Source of the DNA: Lingula anatina
Taxonomy: Eukaryota > Animalia > Brachiopoda
Length of the DNA stretch: 64,000 nucleotides
Reading direction: 5' to 3'
Assembly (NCBI GenBank): GCA_051362555.1
Contig: CM120640.1
Coordinates: 36,599,967-36,663,966, forward strand
The notes beneath the pieces were generated by a model. That model made no database searches and was not told the DNA's origin. It worked only from the letters and a program-made list of their open reading frames with translations. A program made the position numbers and the translations under genes. Positions 36,701 to 50,400 of the stretch are shown piece by piece (position 1 is the stretch's first letter; each line of letters opens with the position of its first letter).

Positions 36701-38902
36701 GTGTACACGTTACATATTTGTGAATTAAATACTAAGTGAAAATGAAGATATTTGTGATTTGAATATTAAGTGAAAATGATATTTTATTTTAAAAAGAATC
36801 CAGATTTTGTCTGTTGGTGATAGTCTTTTGGTTATGTAAACAGTTTAGGTCAAAGTTAAAAGATTGGTTTTGAATTAGTTGATTACAGATGAATGGGTCT
36901 CCAATATGAACACTGTCTTAGAAAAAAGGTCCCGCAGAATGAAAATATATGTCCAATATCTACTAGATTTTTAAAAATGTGACAAAAATGTACTTTTTGC
37001 TTGATCAACAGCTGACCTTATTCTTTTAGTGCGTTATCTTTTCAGAGTGCTTGTCCCACTTTACTGAGGTAGAAGAATTAGAGGAGTCAGAACTGTACAA
37101 TTGCGGCACTTGCAAACGGAAACAGCGGTCAACTAAACAATTCTGGATAAGACGCTTGCCAAATGTTAGTCACTGGTGTCTTTCTTGTTGCTCAAACTCT
37201 TTGGAGGGAAATTTGGTTTGGCATTAATAAGCTTAAAGGAAATAATTTAACACAGCATAAATGAAAATAATTGCCTAAGGCAAAAATTGGAAAAATTTTA
37301 TGCATGATGTATAAGAGAAATTTCTAAGATTCAAGGGTTCTAATTTTCTGTCAAAATCCAGGTTGATGGTAACAATAAGGAGCAATGTCATTCGTAGCAA
37401 AACCTTTTTTTTTTTTTTTTTGATTAATAATATCAATTGCAAATCTCAGTTACATGTTTGTAATTGGTAATCTTGAATGAAGATTCTAATGCTTAAAGAG
37501 AATGAATTGCCTTAGAAAGCTTAATGAGGCAACACAAATGAACATCAGCAGAGTGACCTAGAAAACTGGTTTATATGTTTTACATATAGAGAAAAAGTGA
37601 AAAGTATCCAAACATGGTCATAATGAGAAAAGTTTTACTCACTTTCTTAACTGTAAAAAATTTTCATCCATTCTGATGTACACTTATATTTATGTAGCTG
37701 AAATTTGGCTGAGCATTCAATGATTTCAGACTTAAATGTTTAAGAATCCATTCTTTTCTTTTCAGGTACTTTGTTTACATATTAAAAGATTTCGCTGGAG
37801 CTCGCACTATAGAGTGAAACTAGAAACTTTGGTCAATTTTCCTATACATGGTCTGGACATGAATGAATATGTGCTTAATAACATGGTGAGATTTGGTTCT
37901 CTTGTACATAAAAATATGAAGACACACAACACTATATTCACAGATTCACAATGATTTACAAAACCAGTGTTTTTGATTTAACGCATCCATGGGGAAACTG
38001 CCTGTCCAACAGGTCATGACCACTTGTAATGCCATATGACCTGCAGGATTTCTGATATGGCTGGTCTTCTGGACTGGCAAGATTTTTGTACATAAAAATA
38101 AATCACTTGTGAACACAGAGTAATGGAAATAAATTACCGAGTTTGGACGAGCACAAAAATAGGAGGGAGTGCAGATTTCTTGTAGTGCAGATCCTCTGGA
38201 CCTGCAGTATGTCCAGTTTTCCCCATGTATGCTATACGTAACTTTGTTATCACAGATAAGCAGTGGCAAAATTTCCCTCGCATTCATGGGTAAAAATAAG
38301 AGTGATGTTATACTTAGTCAGTTTCCTTCTGGCATAAGTGTAACATTAATATACACATGCTCAGTTGTGTTAAATCTACGAAACAAATTTGCAACAGTAT
38401 GGTCATTTTGAAAATGGATTTTGTTTTTGTACTACATTTAGTAATATAAATTAAATTTATTTCAGCATGAAACGAGGAACAGCTGCTCTGGTAGTAATCT
38501 GTATGATCTAGCTGCTGTAGTTGTTCATCATGGATCAGGGTAAGACATTTGTTTTTGTGTGTATTTCACTGTTCTCTTGTACATATTCAGTACAGATTTT
38601 CTTTAAATTGTCAAAACCTTAACATACTATGTCTAGTTGAAACAGGTTCACCTAACACTGATATCTGAAGTAAGGGATTTGTATTCTGTTCCAGGGCTGG
38701 TTCCGGCCACTACACTGCCTATGCTTACCACGATTCTCGTTGGTACCACTTCAATGACAGTAACGTATCTGTGTGTGAGGAGGAGACTGTGGCCAAATGT
38801 AAGGCATACATACTGTTCTATGTGCGCCGAGAACTCAAATTACCTGACTTCTTGGTGAACATTGGGAGCAATGGCGAGGAGACGACAAAAGAAGATCAGT
38901 AG
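30773..38902 (+). CDS. USP3: Ubiquitin carboxyl-terminal hydrolase 3, 14 exons, about 500 aa
   Basis: Exons: 30773-30860, 32697-32757, 33279-33365, 33664-33747, 34491-34569, 34824-34915, 35162-35266, 35832-35945, 36107-36327, 36531-36581, 37046-37164, 37766-37885, 38466-38539, 38695-38902. Has an MECIHLS N-terminus, ZnF-UBP ([21 protein letters not shown]), Cys box [28 protein letters not shown] and His box [29 protein letters not shown]. Confidence 0.94.
34084..34309. mobile_element. Harbinger-like MITE related to the 13266 family
   Basis: TAA on both flanks, TAGATCGATCTA palindromes near both ends, right end TGGAAATGGGG. Confidence 0.6.
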
Positions 38903-41414
38903 AATAGCCTAATTGGAATGGGCTGTTTTTACACACAGATTTATGTGTGGCCACAAATGTTCACGATGCTAGATGGAACCCTGTCACTTTCTCGGTAATG
39001 TTTGCATGAAATTGTTATACACAGAAAAACTGTATCGGCTGGAATAACTATAGAGAATATCATGATAACTCATGATTTGACATGTTAAAGTTACTTTAAA
39101 CAGACTTAATTATTAATCATCGTTGTTAACTTTTTTTTCAAAAACTAATGCCAGGATTTGAACCAGCCTGTAACATATTGCCTGGCCTGTTACAGGTGTG
39201 CAGGTCTGCTTCATTCACTATACTAAGTCTAGTATCAGTATCCGCCAACATTCCATTTAGTTTCATATACATTGAACATGCATGTGATTCATTGTTTGCC
39301 AACTGCATTGTCTGCATTTGTATTTAAAACCTCAGAAGCAGGCAGTGTTGTGCTTCACATTTCTTTCAGTTTTGCATGGTATTTATGGTTTTGTACGTCA
39401 GATTCCTAAGTTTTTTAGGGTACGTAAATGTTTATAGAACATTGTCACAATGATGAAGTAGAAAAAAAATCAGGGATACTTAAGTTTAAGCTATTGTGCA
39501 GTACAAGTTCAAAAGTAATCAACAGTTAAAAGATCAAGAAATAAATATTTCTAAAGCTGTCTCAGAAAATGTTCCTATTATGTCTGAATACACTGCCTAA
39601 TAACCTCTCCTGCAACAAAGCATATTGGGTAGGGGGAGGTGCAGATATGTTTTCACCTTGTGAAATCTAATACATGGCTCATACAGACCTTTGGGGCAAA
39701 TTTGCAGTTTACCAAATTAATGTACTCCTTTTATGTAGAGTGTAAAGATTTGTAAACAATCACAAAAAAGTTCCCTAAAACAAATGATATAGTTACATAT
39801 TTAAATACATTTATTCATAATGATTGTATAGGGCAACTTACTCTGCTATATAAGTTGGCATTGCATAGAAAAATATTAACCACATACATAAGACAAAAAT
39901 GATGTCTTGGTAAAATAACACTGATATATATATATGATAACTTGTTATACAGGCAAAGGTTTGTTTCTACCTGACTGCTTTGTGGGAACATTAAAACAGC
40001 AGTCAATAGCAGCAATAAAATCCCTTTAAATACTTAATCTCAGAAGCTGTTTTGGGGGATATTCACTTAAAGCCACTTATTTTCTAATCAGGTAGCCTGC
40101 TGTAAAGGTACCCCATGTATTAAAAGTTATGAAACTTGCATTTCTACCAGATACAAAAAAAAACTTGAAATTGCAAATTGACTAAACACAGTAAGAGAAA
40201 TGGCCTTTAAAATATGTATTCTTATGCACAATATTTCCAAGTTTGTATCTAAACCAGAAAGGGGTGGGTAACTACTGAGGAAAGTTGAAAACGGAAAATT
40301 TATCGACTTGCATCAATCTGAAATGACACAAATGATTTCTTAAAATTAAAAAACCATCTTACCTTAAATTTTCACAAACATCGTAGAAATTTAACATTCT
40401 GATTAAAATTACTCTGGAATGCAGTCATAGTTGGCAAAACATTAGGAGCTTATCACCCAACCAACATGTTGACCCTGTGTCTTCCATTATCTGTGATTAT
40501 CTTAACTAAATTGATAACAGCTATTAACAAACGAGTAGGACTGGTATCATTCAGCATCTAGTAGCCAACTGGTATTTAGTTTCTTTTGTAATACAGGCTT
40601 GTCAAAAGTAGTAGTTTTACTAATGAATATCAAAAAGTTCAGGCATCAAAATATCTTATAGCATCAATCAATGTTCATGATATGCTGCATTTATCATTCT
40701 GTCCAAGTGTGATATGTGAGTAGTCACAACTATTAGAAGTATATCTACATCTTTGTCAAAAATGGAGATGTATCAGTAAAGAAATTATTGACAAATGCAA
40801 CTCGTCTAATGCACCATTTGTATCAACTGAATGAGAAGACACCTGAAGTTGTAAGGACATCCTATTCAGCTGTGAGAAGCCTAGCAGCATATTGTGCTCT
40901 AATGTAAATCAACCTCTTCATTTCATTTGCTTTACTATATATACATATATAACAAAAGAAAAAAGATAATAACAGAGATTCCTAATCCTAAAACAACATT
41001 TTGATTTTAAGCAGACTAGAACCCTAATTTCATTAAAGGTTTGCAATCAGCAGTTTCAGATGGATACTGGGATATACAGAATAAATTTGTTAATCCTATA
41101 AATATAACTTTAAAAATGCACTTAACTTGTGATTGAGTTAAAGAGCAATACTGTAAAGTGTATACACACATATATATAATATGTATAAATCAAACATCTC
41201 GATACCCTGGCAAGTACAATGACACTCCATTTGGACAGCACTCTTAGCACTCAAATTTCTTCACCATTCTATAAATATGCTTCATCATTGCTGTACTACA
41301 TGGCATGAAATTATTAAGGAACATTTAAAACTTGTTCAATGCATGCACATGAAGCCCATGCTTCAGAATTATAACTGCATAAAAGTATTAGGCAAATCTC
41401 CTCACTGCCACCAT

Positions 41415-44400
41415 CTAGGCATCACTTTGACTCAGGACCGGATGATGTGCCAATTTTTCATGCAACTTTGTAACTTCTTGTAATTTTGTTCCAATATCTT
41501 TATGTAACGTCAACAATTCATGCCTGTCTTTAGACTGTTGTAATTTCAGCTGTTTCAATTCAGATTCCAAGGAAGACACCTTTTTGCGCAAAGTGCTGTT
41601 CTCTTTTTCTAGGTCCTAGAAGACAAAAGTACAGTATATATCAGGTGGCATCCCCATTTCCTGATTGGTCAAAAGCACTAGAAACAAATAGTAAGATATC
41701 AAACCAGTATATTTAGATAACACAGATAATACTCAGTTAAATGAATACTTAAAAAATGAAGTTTTTGACAGAAAATTAGTTTGTTTTTTTTTTTGCTCCA
41801 ACAAAATAAATAGAAATGTGTGAATGGACCTTTGTATCTCCCTCTCTCTCTTTAAAAAATGATTTATACCAGTACATTGTTTATACTTGATAGCTTTCTA
41901 TACCTTTATATGGGCTTCATTTTTTCCATTTTGCTCCACCCTAATGTTAAGTTCTTCTAATCTTTTAAGTGCCCCTCTCAGTTCCTTGAACACAAATGAA
42001 ACAAGAATTGAAGGAGAAATTATGTTACATCAATTCTAAATCAACTTTGTGCAACAACATATAAAACAAGGCTGAAAGCGGTATTTTTATGTGGGTTCTG
42101 TGTTGTACAAAGCCAGTTTAGAAATGCTTTCATGTATAGGCATACCAAACATACATGTGGCCAACATTAAAACCCACCTGACCCTGACAATATTCTGAAC
42201 AAACTACAAAAGACAAAGAAAAACATGTCTGTCATTGTACAGGAATACTATTTCTATTATTCAATTATTGGCTATGGCCAAGTTCAATATGTTGTTTTGC
42301 AGACCACAGAAAAAAGATAAAAGACCAAGACATCTATGTCCTTCCAAAGTTACATCCCTGCCATCCGCCATTGTTGTTATCTGATTGATAAAATGTGTTT
42401 CCTTTTCTTTCGTTGGTCAAAACATCCTCCAATGATGTTACCAGTCAATATTATGTTTTGTCAGACATAGAACTCGCCAATTTAAGATCATAATCTATGC
42501 TTATTATCTAATAAATATTTATATTCACTACCTCTGTAGTGCTGTCCCTTTCTTGTTCAACAGCCTGCAGTTGTTCTGTGGTTTCCTTTAACTGCTGCTG
42601 CAGCCCAGAAATTTGCTCATCATTAGCAGTCTGCTCTAACTCAATTGTCTGTGGAAATACCGACAAAAAAATGATAACATTTTCATCTTTAAGTTACAAA
42701 ACAGATAATATTGATGAATCAATGACATAAACAAGGTGAAGCTTTTTATCTGTATCACGGTAACTGAGAACAACAAATGTGAAATCTGTTACAAGCTACC
42801 AAGGAAATCACCCCGTGTTTCAAAGAGTGATTTATGAAGCACATGGTGTTTAAAAATTGGAAACTGAAAGCAATTTGTAAATCAAAGTTAAATTTTTGAT
42901 TCATCCAGTTTCATTACACTAAGATAATAAAGAGTAATTCTCATACTGGATTTTACTTAGAAAATAGATCAAGACATTCTGACCTTTTAACAAGGCCTTC
43001 AGGTGAACGAATTTTGAGTTGTCACCAGTGTCAAGTGGAAATGTTTCATGTTATTACCTATCATACCATTTTCACTTCACAACTACTCTCTATTAAATAC
43101 TCCACATTCATAATCTTGCAATCCAAATCTACCTGTTTTTTCAATTTGGCACTCTCCTCTTTGTATGCTGCTAGTTGTTTCTTCCATTCTTCTACATTAG
43201 CAGTGCTTTCTTGCAGAGCAGTAGTCAGACGAGCATTGTTGTTTTTTAATGTCTGGAGTTCAATTTCCCATTTTTTAGCATTGGCAGAGCTGAAATGAAA
43301 GAAGTGCAATTAAACGTGGAGACTTATACCAATTTACACCAATAACCCACAAAACAAACCCAAAACTGTATAACACATTCATACATCTAAATTAAATTTT
43401 TTCTCTAAAAGCATGCAATATAAATATATTCACAAAAAATAAACAAAAACACACATGTTAAAAGAATTTACACAATGCTTTGGGGGATACAAAATGATAC
43501 TGCTAAAAATGCTACCAAACAGTAGTTACCTCTGTGCTAGAGCAATCTTTAGCCTGTCATTTTCATACTTGAGCTGGTATTCAACTGTAGGAAGACCGGA
43601 GGTAGACAAACGCTGTTGTTTTTCAGACCCATCACTCTGAAAAGGTAACATCCCCCTTTTCAATATTTAATATTATGTAATTTAAATCTCATTTTTTTCC
43701 TTAGTTTTCAATGGATTTTTTTTGGATATAAATTGTTTTTCACTGCTGATAAAGTCTACAAAAATTCTACTTTTTCTCCAAACTGCTGAATAGTTTTAGC
43801 AAAAATGGATTTAGCCTAATATTGAACCTAATAAGCCTCACAATTTTTTTTCTTTTTCCTTGGCTACATCAGGCTAAGTGCTCTTTGTCAAAGAATTACC
43901 TTTCTCTCACCTGATTACTAGACACACTGGAATTCCTGGAATGTAGTGGTGCCGCATGTACAGGGTGGGTGGCCAGGGGGGAGTGGGGTTCTCCTGAACC
44001 ATTGCTCTCACCAGGTGTCTGCTTAGCTAGCTCACGCACCTCTTGAAACTTTTCTATAAACTAAAAAAAAAAAAAAAAAAAATCATTCAATCTTATCTTT
44101 TTTAAATTTTTTTAATAGTAGTAAAAATGGGTGTAAATGTAAATTTAGTCTGAGATATGGATTTGCAAAATATCTTGAGACATAATAATGGAAATATAGA
44201 TCAGTGTTGAGTCAATATTCAATTATCTTATTATTTACATGGATTTTTTTATTTTTTTATTTTTTTAAGAGCATGTTAATTCTCTGGTGCAAATGTACAT
44301 GTATCCAAAATGGTGGCAAGTGCATAAAACAAGCAGCATTGGTTAAATCTTAGCCTTCCTTCACAGGGCATGTTTCTTGGCTGTCCCATAGAGGAAAATT

Positions 44401-47400
44401 ACTTTTCTATAGTACTTTGTCTATAGTTTGTACTTATCAACCTTACGTTGTGTGCTGAACAGTTTATTGCAAGTTCAATAATTGTCACATCAAGGGTGTG
44501 ACCATGTGGTTATCTAGCTGACGTCTTCCAGCCGTACCAGTAGTACAGATTTTTCATTCCCCCCCCCCCCCCCCCCCCCCATCACAAAGCTTTTTTCACC
44601 ACACTCACCAACCCACCAATCTGGTCATGATAAGGAAGTCCCGACTTATTGTTAGAGAAAAGAACAGGTCCTACGTGGCAAACAACCCATACGAGGAAGC
44701 TAAGTGCAAAGTGTATATATAAAGAATGATATACAACACAGCAGGGGGTTTTGTTGAAGCTTTTAACACGCCACAATTAAGTCACTGTTATGATTAAACA
44801 CGAGAAAAAAACAAAGGCGTTTAATCAACAATGTCATGATGGAAATTTTCTGACCTGGGTTTAAAAGGGTTTCTTTTAGGAAACAAGGAAATAAGGATAT
44901 CAAGGTAGCAGGCTCTATATAGGTGCCCATTGGCCATTTGCTGAAGTGCCCACCCCTACCTTTTGAAGATCTGCCTCTGTAGCAAAGCCCAGTCCATACA
45001 CTGTGTTAGCCCTTGGATCTGACCACTGTCCAAACTTCTGTGATGTCTTGGTGAAGGTCATGTTAGGTGTGATGGTGCTATTAATGATGGCCTGAAATAA
45101 TAAGATAAAATTTTCCTTGCCAATTTGATGTCAAAAAAAGTTCTTAATATAATTTGTAAATCTCTCATACTAAAGACTTATGAAATGCTTTTACAGTTAA
45201 TAAGTTTTCTAGTAAAAATCATTTTAAATAATAGAATTCTGTTAATTTTCATGTTTTCATGGCCTAAAATAAGATGCTGTCAAGCACTTATTCTTTTAAT
45301 AAGAATCAATTTATTAATATACTTATATTTAATTTTTAACAATGGTGGTAACTGGATAACAGAAGCTTGATTTGGTTTCCATGCTAGGCACTTTTGTTTA
45401 GCACGTTCCACAAGTTAATTTTCAAAATGAAAGAAAATCTATATAGCACACTGCTAAAACAAAGCCGGAATCACTAACCTTGGTTCCCTCCACACTGATG
45501 ATCCTGTAGGAGTTCCTGTTGCTGTCATAGTAGTAGGCTACACTAACAGCCACTGTGCTGGCGGGCATCCAGTTCTTCTTGGTCTGGGGGTCTATCTGGA
45601 ACACATGAGCCTTGGTGGTGTAGATGGGCTGCTCCCTGGAAAAATACATTCACAATAATTAAATAGTCCTAAGAAATCATCCAGAGCAATGGGTTATTTT
45701 ATATATATATATAATAATTGTAAATGTGATTAGTTTAGACCACACAAAAAAAGTGAATAATAGAAATAAATGTATCGATTTTGGATATTGCATGGACTGT
45801 TCTGTAGTTTGTATGCATATCTTTGGGGAATATTTGAAATATATGTGAATCACAGCCAGGAACAGATAATTTGCAGAACAGGCCATTCTACAGTATTTTT
45901 CCTGTCTGTAACATTTTCCCCCTCCATAAATCATTTTCAATCTAATCTTCATCTCCATTTAAAAAAGAAAAAACAAGCAATATGCTCCAGTTTTCAACTC
46001 TCTTGGGCCAAACTGGCATAAATGGAAATGACAAAAATTTTAGGAAGGGAAATAAGTTACGGAGCTTGAGGGAGATACCATGTAATAACCCATTACTGAA
46101 ATCAATCCATAAATAGTAATTCATATATAATTTGAAGAATTCCCCAATGTCATACCTTGTACTCAGTGACATGGCTGAGATAGTTTTTACAATGGTCTTC
46201 TGTCTAACTAGCTGGACACAAGAATCTTACTACCGTGAAAAATGTTGCTGTTTTCATGAAAGTTTTAACAAAATATGACACAATCCACAGAAATAACTGC
46301 CAACAGGATACGCTCACAAATAATAGATGATTAAAGTTGCATAATGCCTACTGTTAGTAATTACCCATCACTCAATATATTTATGCCACAAAAATTTGTA
46401 CAAGAAGACAATGACTTATAAGAAACAATCTATGTAGTCTAAATGTCATATGAAATCATCTTTATCTGAAGGTCTTCAATATCAATTCACATAATAGTAA
46501 TATTTCTAAAGACCTTTAAATTTGCATCAAGTATGTGAAGTTTCTAACCTCACCTATTCTCATTTTTTTGTAGGATTGTCCCTTTAAAAAAGCCATATCA
46601 TCTAAATCAGAATCTGCAAAACATGTTTCGAATACTGAATTCCCAATGGATCAGAACTGCTGCAAATGGTCAATTCAAATGGAATTATCCTGACTAATTA
46701 TACAGCAAGCTCGATCACCTGCTTCCTTCAGTTGACCTGACATGTGTGCATAACTACAAACATCATCGAACATATCTGCCAGTTGTTGAACATATCTGTG
46801 CCCACCTCAAACCACTGTCTTCATAGCACTCATTAAAATCCTCCATTCAAATCAAGCTTCGGGCAGTTTCCATTACAAATACAAACCTTCTACAATTAAG
46901 GGAATTTCTGTCAACATTTTAATACTTGACACCAAACTCATTTCAGTCAGTGAACTACCTCATATATAAAAACAAGCCGGATACTAAGACCAAAGCGAAC
47001 ACCCAAAGACCCCAGAAGAACACCCAGAGACCTGTCTCCAGGAAAAGAAACAAAGAAGCACCCTGAGTTTCAGAAGATACTAGAAAGTCATCTCTCTGCT
47101 CTCAGCATGCCTTTGTGTACATACATGCAGTTTCTAGTATCAGTTTTCAGTGTTCTCTGGAGGCCATGGTGCAAAGGGAAGTCCCTCACGATAACAAAAG
47201 GATGCACATCACATCCAATACCAGACTGGTGACATTTCATGAATCCAAGAGATTCAAATTCAACCCATGTGGTAACAGTTAACATGTACTACTTGTATTG
47301 TAAAAAAAGACAACTGAGAACTAAGCTACACATTCAAACACATTTGATCGTGCTAACAACTGCTGTTCCAACTGTTATTACTATATCACGCCAAATAACA

Positions 47401-50400
47401 TCTTTGTTGTGTAAGAAACACTTCCAAGATCCTCATTTTTTTAACTTACGCAGGTTTTATGCAATTTAGACAAAGCTGCTGGAGACTATGACATACAGTA
47501 GATTGTTTAAAATTTTTGAGCAATGGAGCAGTAAATGAAAATGGAAAATGAAGGTAATCACGTTAAGTATTTTCCACTCACAGGCAATCCCAACTGTCTT
47601 CTTCAGACTCTGACGAAGACATTCTCCCAGATTCCTTCACAAGCTCCTGACAGTAATAATATCACTTCCACCACAATAGCATAACACTTATCCGCAGCTC
47701 TTATATCAAAAATTAACTGCCCTGGGAGAAGCAAGGAATTACACCAGTATTGGCAATTGCCAGGTATTGATCCTCAAGCTATTTGATCAATACAAGCAGT
47801 TGCTTTTTCTGGTTCCTTTCTTTAATTGAATTACTCGAGCTGCACAACTATTACCTTTACCTTAAGGTAATCAATGTCTAAAATAATGAAGAATTCTTTA
47901 TAAAACGTAACTCCAATCAACTGATTAAATAAACATATTAGGAGGAATGCCAAACACTTGGGAAGTGTATATCCAGTAACGGGGTACATTAACCTTTATG
48001 AAACCCCAATAAAATGTTGCGGTTCTGAACTTCCATTTTAATAACCTTCTTTAACTGCAAGTGTCAGGCAATACACCCAGTCAGACAATAAGTCACAAAA
48101 ACTTTAACTGGGTCACTGCTTAATTTAACACAATAAAATTGCCATTCGCATAATTTGTCACATAAAACAGGTGGAAAGCATATCAAACCACCATTATAGA
48201 TAAACATTTAATGATGGTCAACCATGCTGGACCAACTCGATCAATAGCAAAAAATATTTTTAGAAATGACATAAATGAAACAAATCTATTATGAAAAAAA
48301 TATGAAGAGCCAACTAGTTTCATATTGCTACTATATAGCATGGTGCACCATCGTATCTCTTAACTACTGTATTCCAAACAGCCCTATAATTATTCTTACA
48401 AAGGGAAAACATTTACAAGCAACACTACTTTGTCTGTATACAAACTGCTTCATCATACTCATTACTGTGTGCATAAACAGGTTTACCCTATTCATTCATA
48501 ACAAAAACTATAGTCATACTGTCATAAGCCCAGGCAGGGTGAAGAATGGCCCACTGGAGCCACTTTCACATTATAATAATGCATTACCAGCTGAGGAATG
48601 AAAAATGACTTCTCAGTCAACAGGTACATTTTTGCTCTGCATACTCAAGAGTTAATTAGATCTACCCCTAACCACATTTCAAATAAACCTACGCACATTG
48701 GGGTTTACGAAATCCCAATTCCGTTAGGTATAGATCTCTAATCAGCTAACCTGAAAATCCCTTACGCCAAGCATTCAAACATGCTATCAAGAACGTTCAA
48801 GATGCTTTTCTGCAAACAGCATCCAATTTTACAAGAGAGCATTCTTACCAACATATTTGCATGACTTGACCAAAGACATCAGGCATTAAGTGTGCCACCA
48901 ACAAAGAAACAATTTTATTTGTCTGTTTGGTTTTGCTGACATTTTCTGTTCAATATAACAATCTGCAATAAATATTGTGAAAACAGAAACTATTGTTTTG
49001 TGAAGCAGAAAAGGTTTCCAGAAGGCAAGTAAAATCACTGCCTAGATTTAAATGCATTATGTTGAAACAATGGTGGATATTCTGCCAAAATGACAAATCC
49101 AAGAACAGTTATCAATTTTGGGCCCACATGCAACTTGGTAAATCCTTGTTATTTCAATCAAATTCGTATCACTCTTAAGATCTTAGAAATAAAGATTTTC
49201 ACAATCCAGCTCCTTTGCATTCCCACTTTCTCATTAAGTTAATAATTTTGACTGAACTCACAAAGAACAACTGACCAAAGAGTAAATGTAGCTATGTTAA
49301 AAGTTTTTGAACAAAAAACTGTAGATTTCCTGCATATCCAGAGAACCTCCAGTATTTCCACAAATTGAAAACCCCAGTATCCTTGGGGTTGAGTTCCAAA
49401 AAGATCTTTTTTCATCTCCCAGACTGCAGATTCTATCACAAAATTAACATTAAATTTACACTCAAGTTGTCAAATTGAACAAGTACTCAAATGCATCATC
49501 TTTCTAATTTATCTTTGATTAAAAAAAAAAAAGAAAAGTGGTATGGACACATCAACATAGTTACACAGGGTGGATTGAGGCTGTCTTCTGGGTCTTCCAG
49601 AAGATGGTCAGATTTTCAAGTTTACATTGACAGTAATCTAATTTTTTCTTTTGGAAGATGGTCAAAAATGGGAGTATGGATCAACAAAGATAATTTGGAA
49701 GACTGTCAGAAAATATCACTGGATCCGCCCCTGTTACAGATAAGGAAATACACAGAGGCATGTTTCCCATATATGTAGACACTATGAGTTCCTCCAATAA
49801 TAAGCTGAGACACAATCTACCTTAACAGAATAATTTTTCAAAAGAGAAATTCCTCCACACCCCAACCTGACACCAACACAAATCTTGCCTCTTCATCTTG
49901 TCTTGTTGCTGTTGTATGACCCAGGCCCTGATCAGTTCGTCCTGTATCTCCTCGTAAGCAGCCATGTTTCAAGTGAGAGTCGGAATGTTATGGCTAAAAA
50001 CATTAGTACCACTTAATGACCATTAATCAAAAGCAACAGCAAATAAATTACAATAAGCGAGATCCCATTCCCATAGACCCTATCGGTCTATGCAGATCGA
50101 TCCAACTCTGTGGGGACTCTCACTGAGTGCAATCAGCTTAACTGATGAAGATGCCTTCTCTTGTTTCCAACATATTCATATATATATATATACTAGTAAT
50201 CACCAGCTTTTCTGTATTCCACTTTACACTAGGAGGTGACTTGTAAATCTGTTGCAGATTGCATTCAGTGAGAGTCCCAGCACAGTTGGATCGATCTTAA
50301 TAGACTGATGGTATTTATTGTAATGGGGCCTAAGACAAAATCTTTGATTAAAAAAATAAAAAAACACGATAAAAAATATTTTCATTTGGCAAGTTGGCAG

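Noticed and set aside
46545-46700. Another possible Homer upstream exon ending AG|GTGAG
   Set aside because: There is no ATG-initiated open frame in the phase needed to join exon 2.
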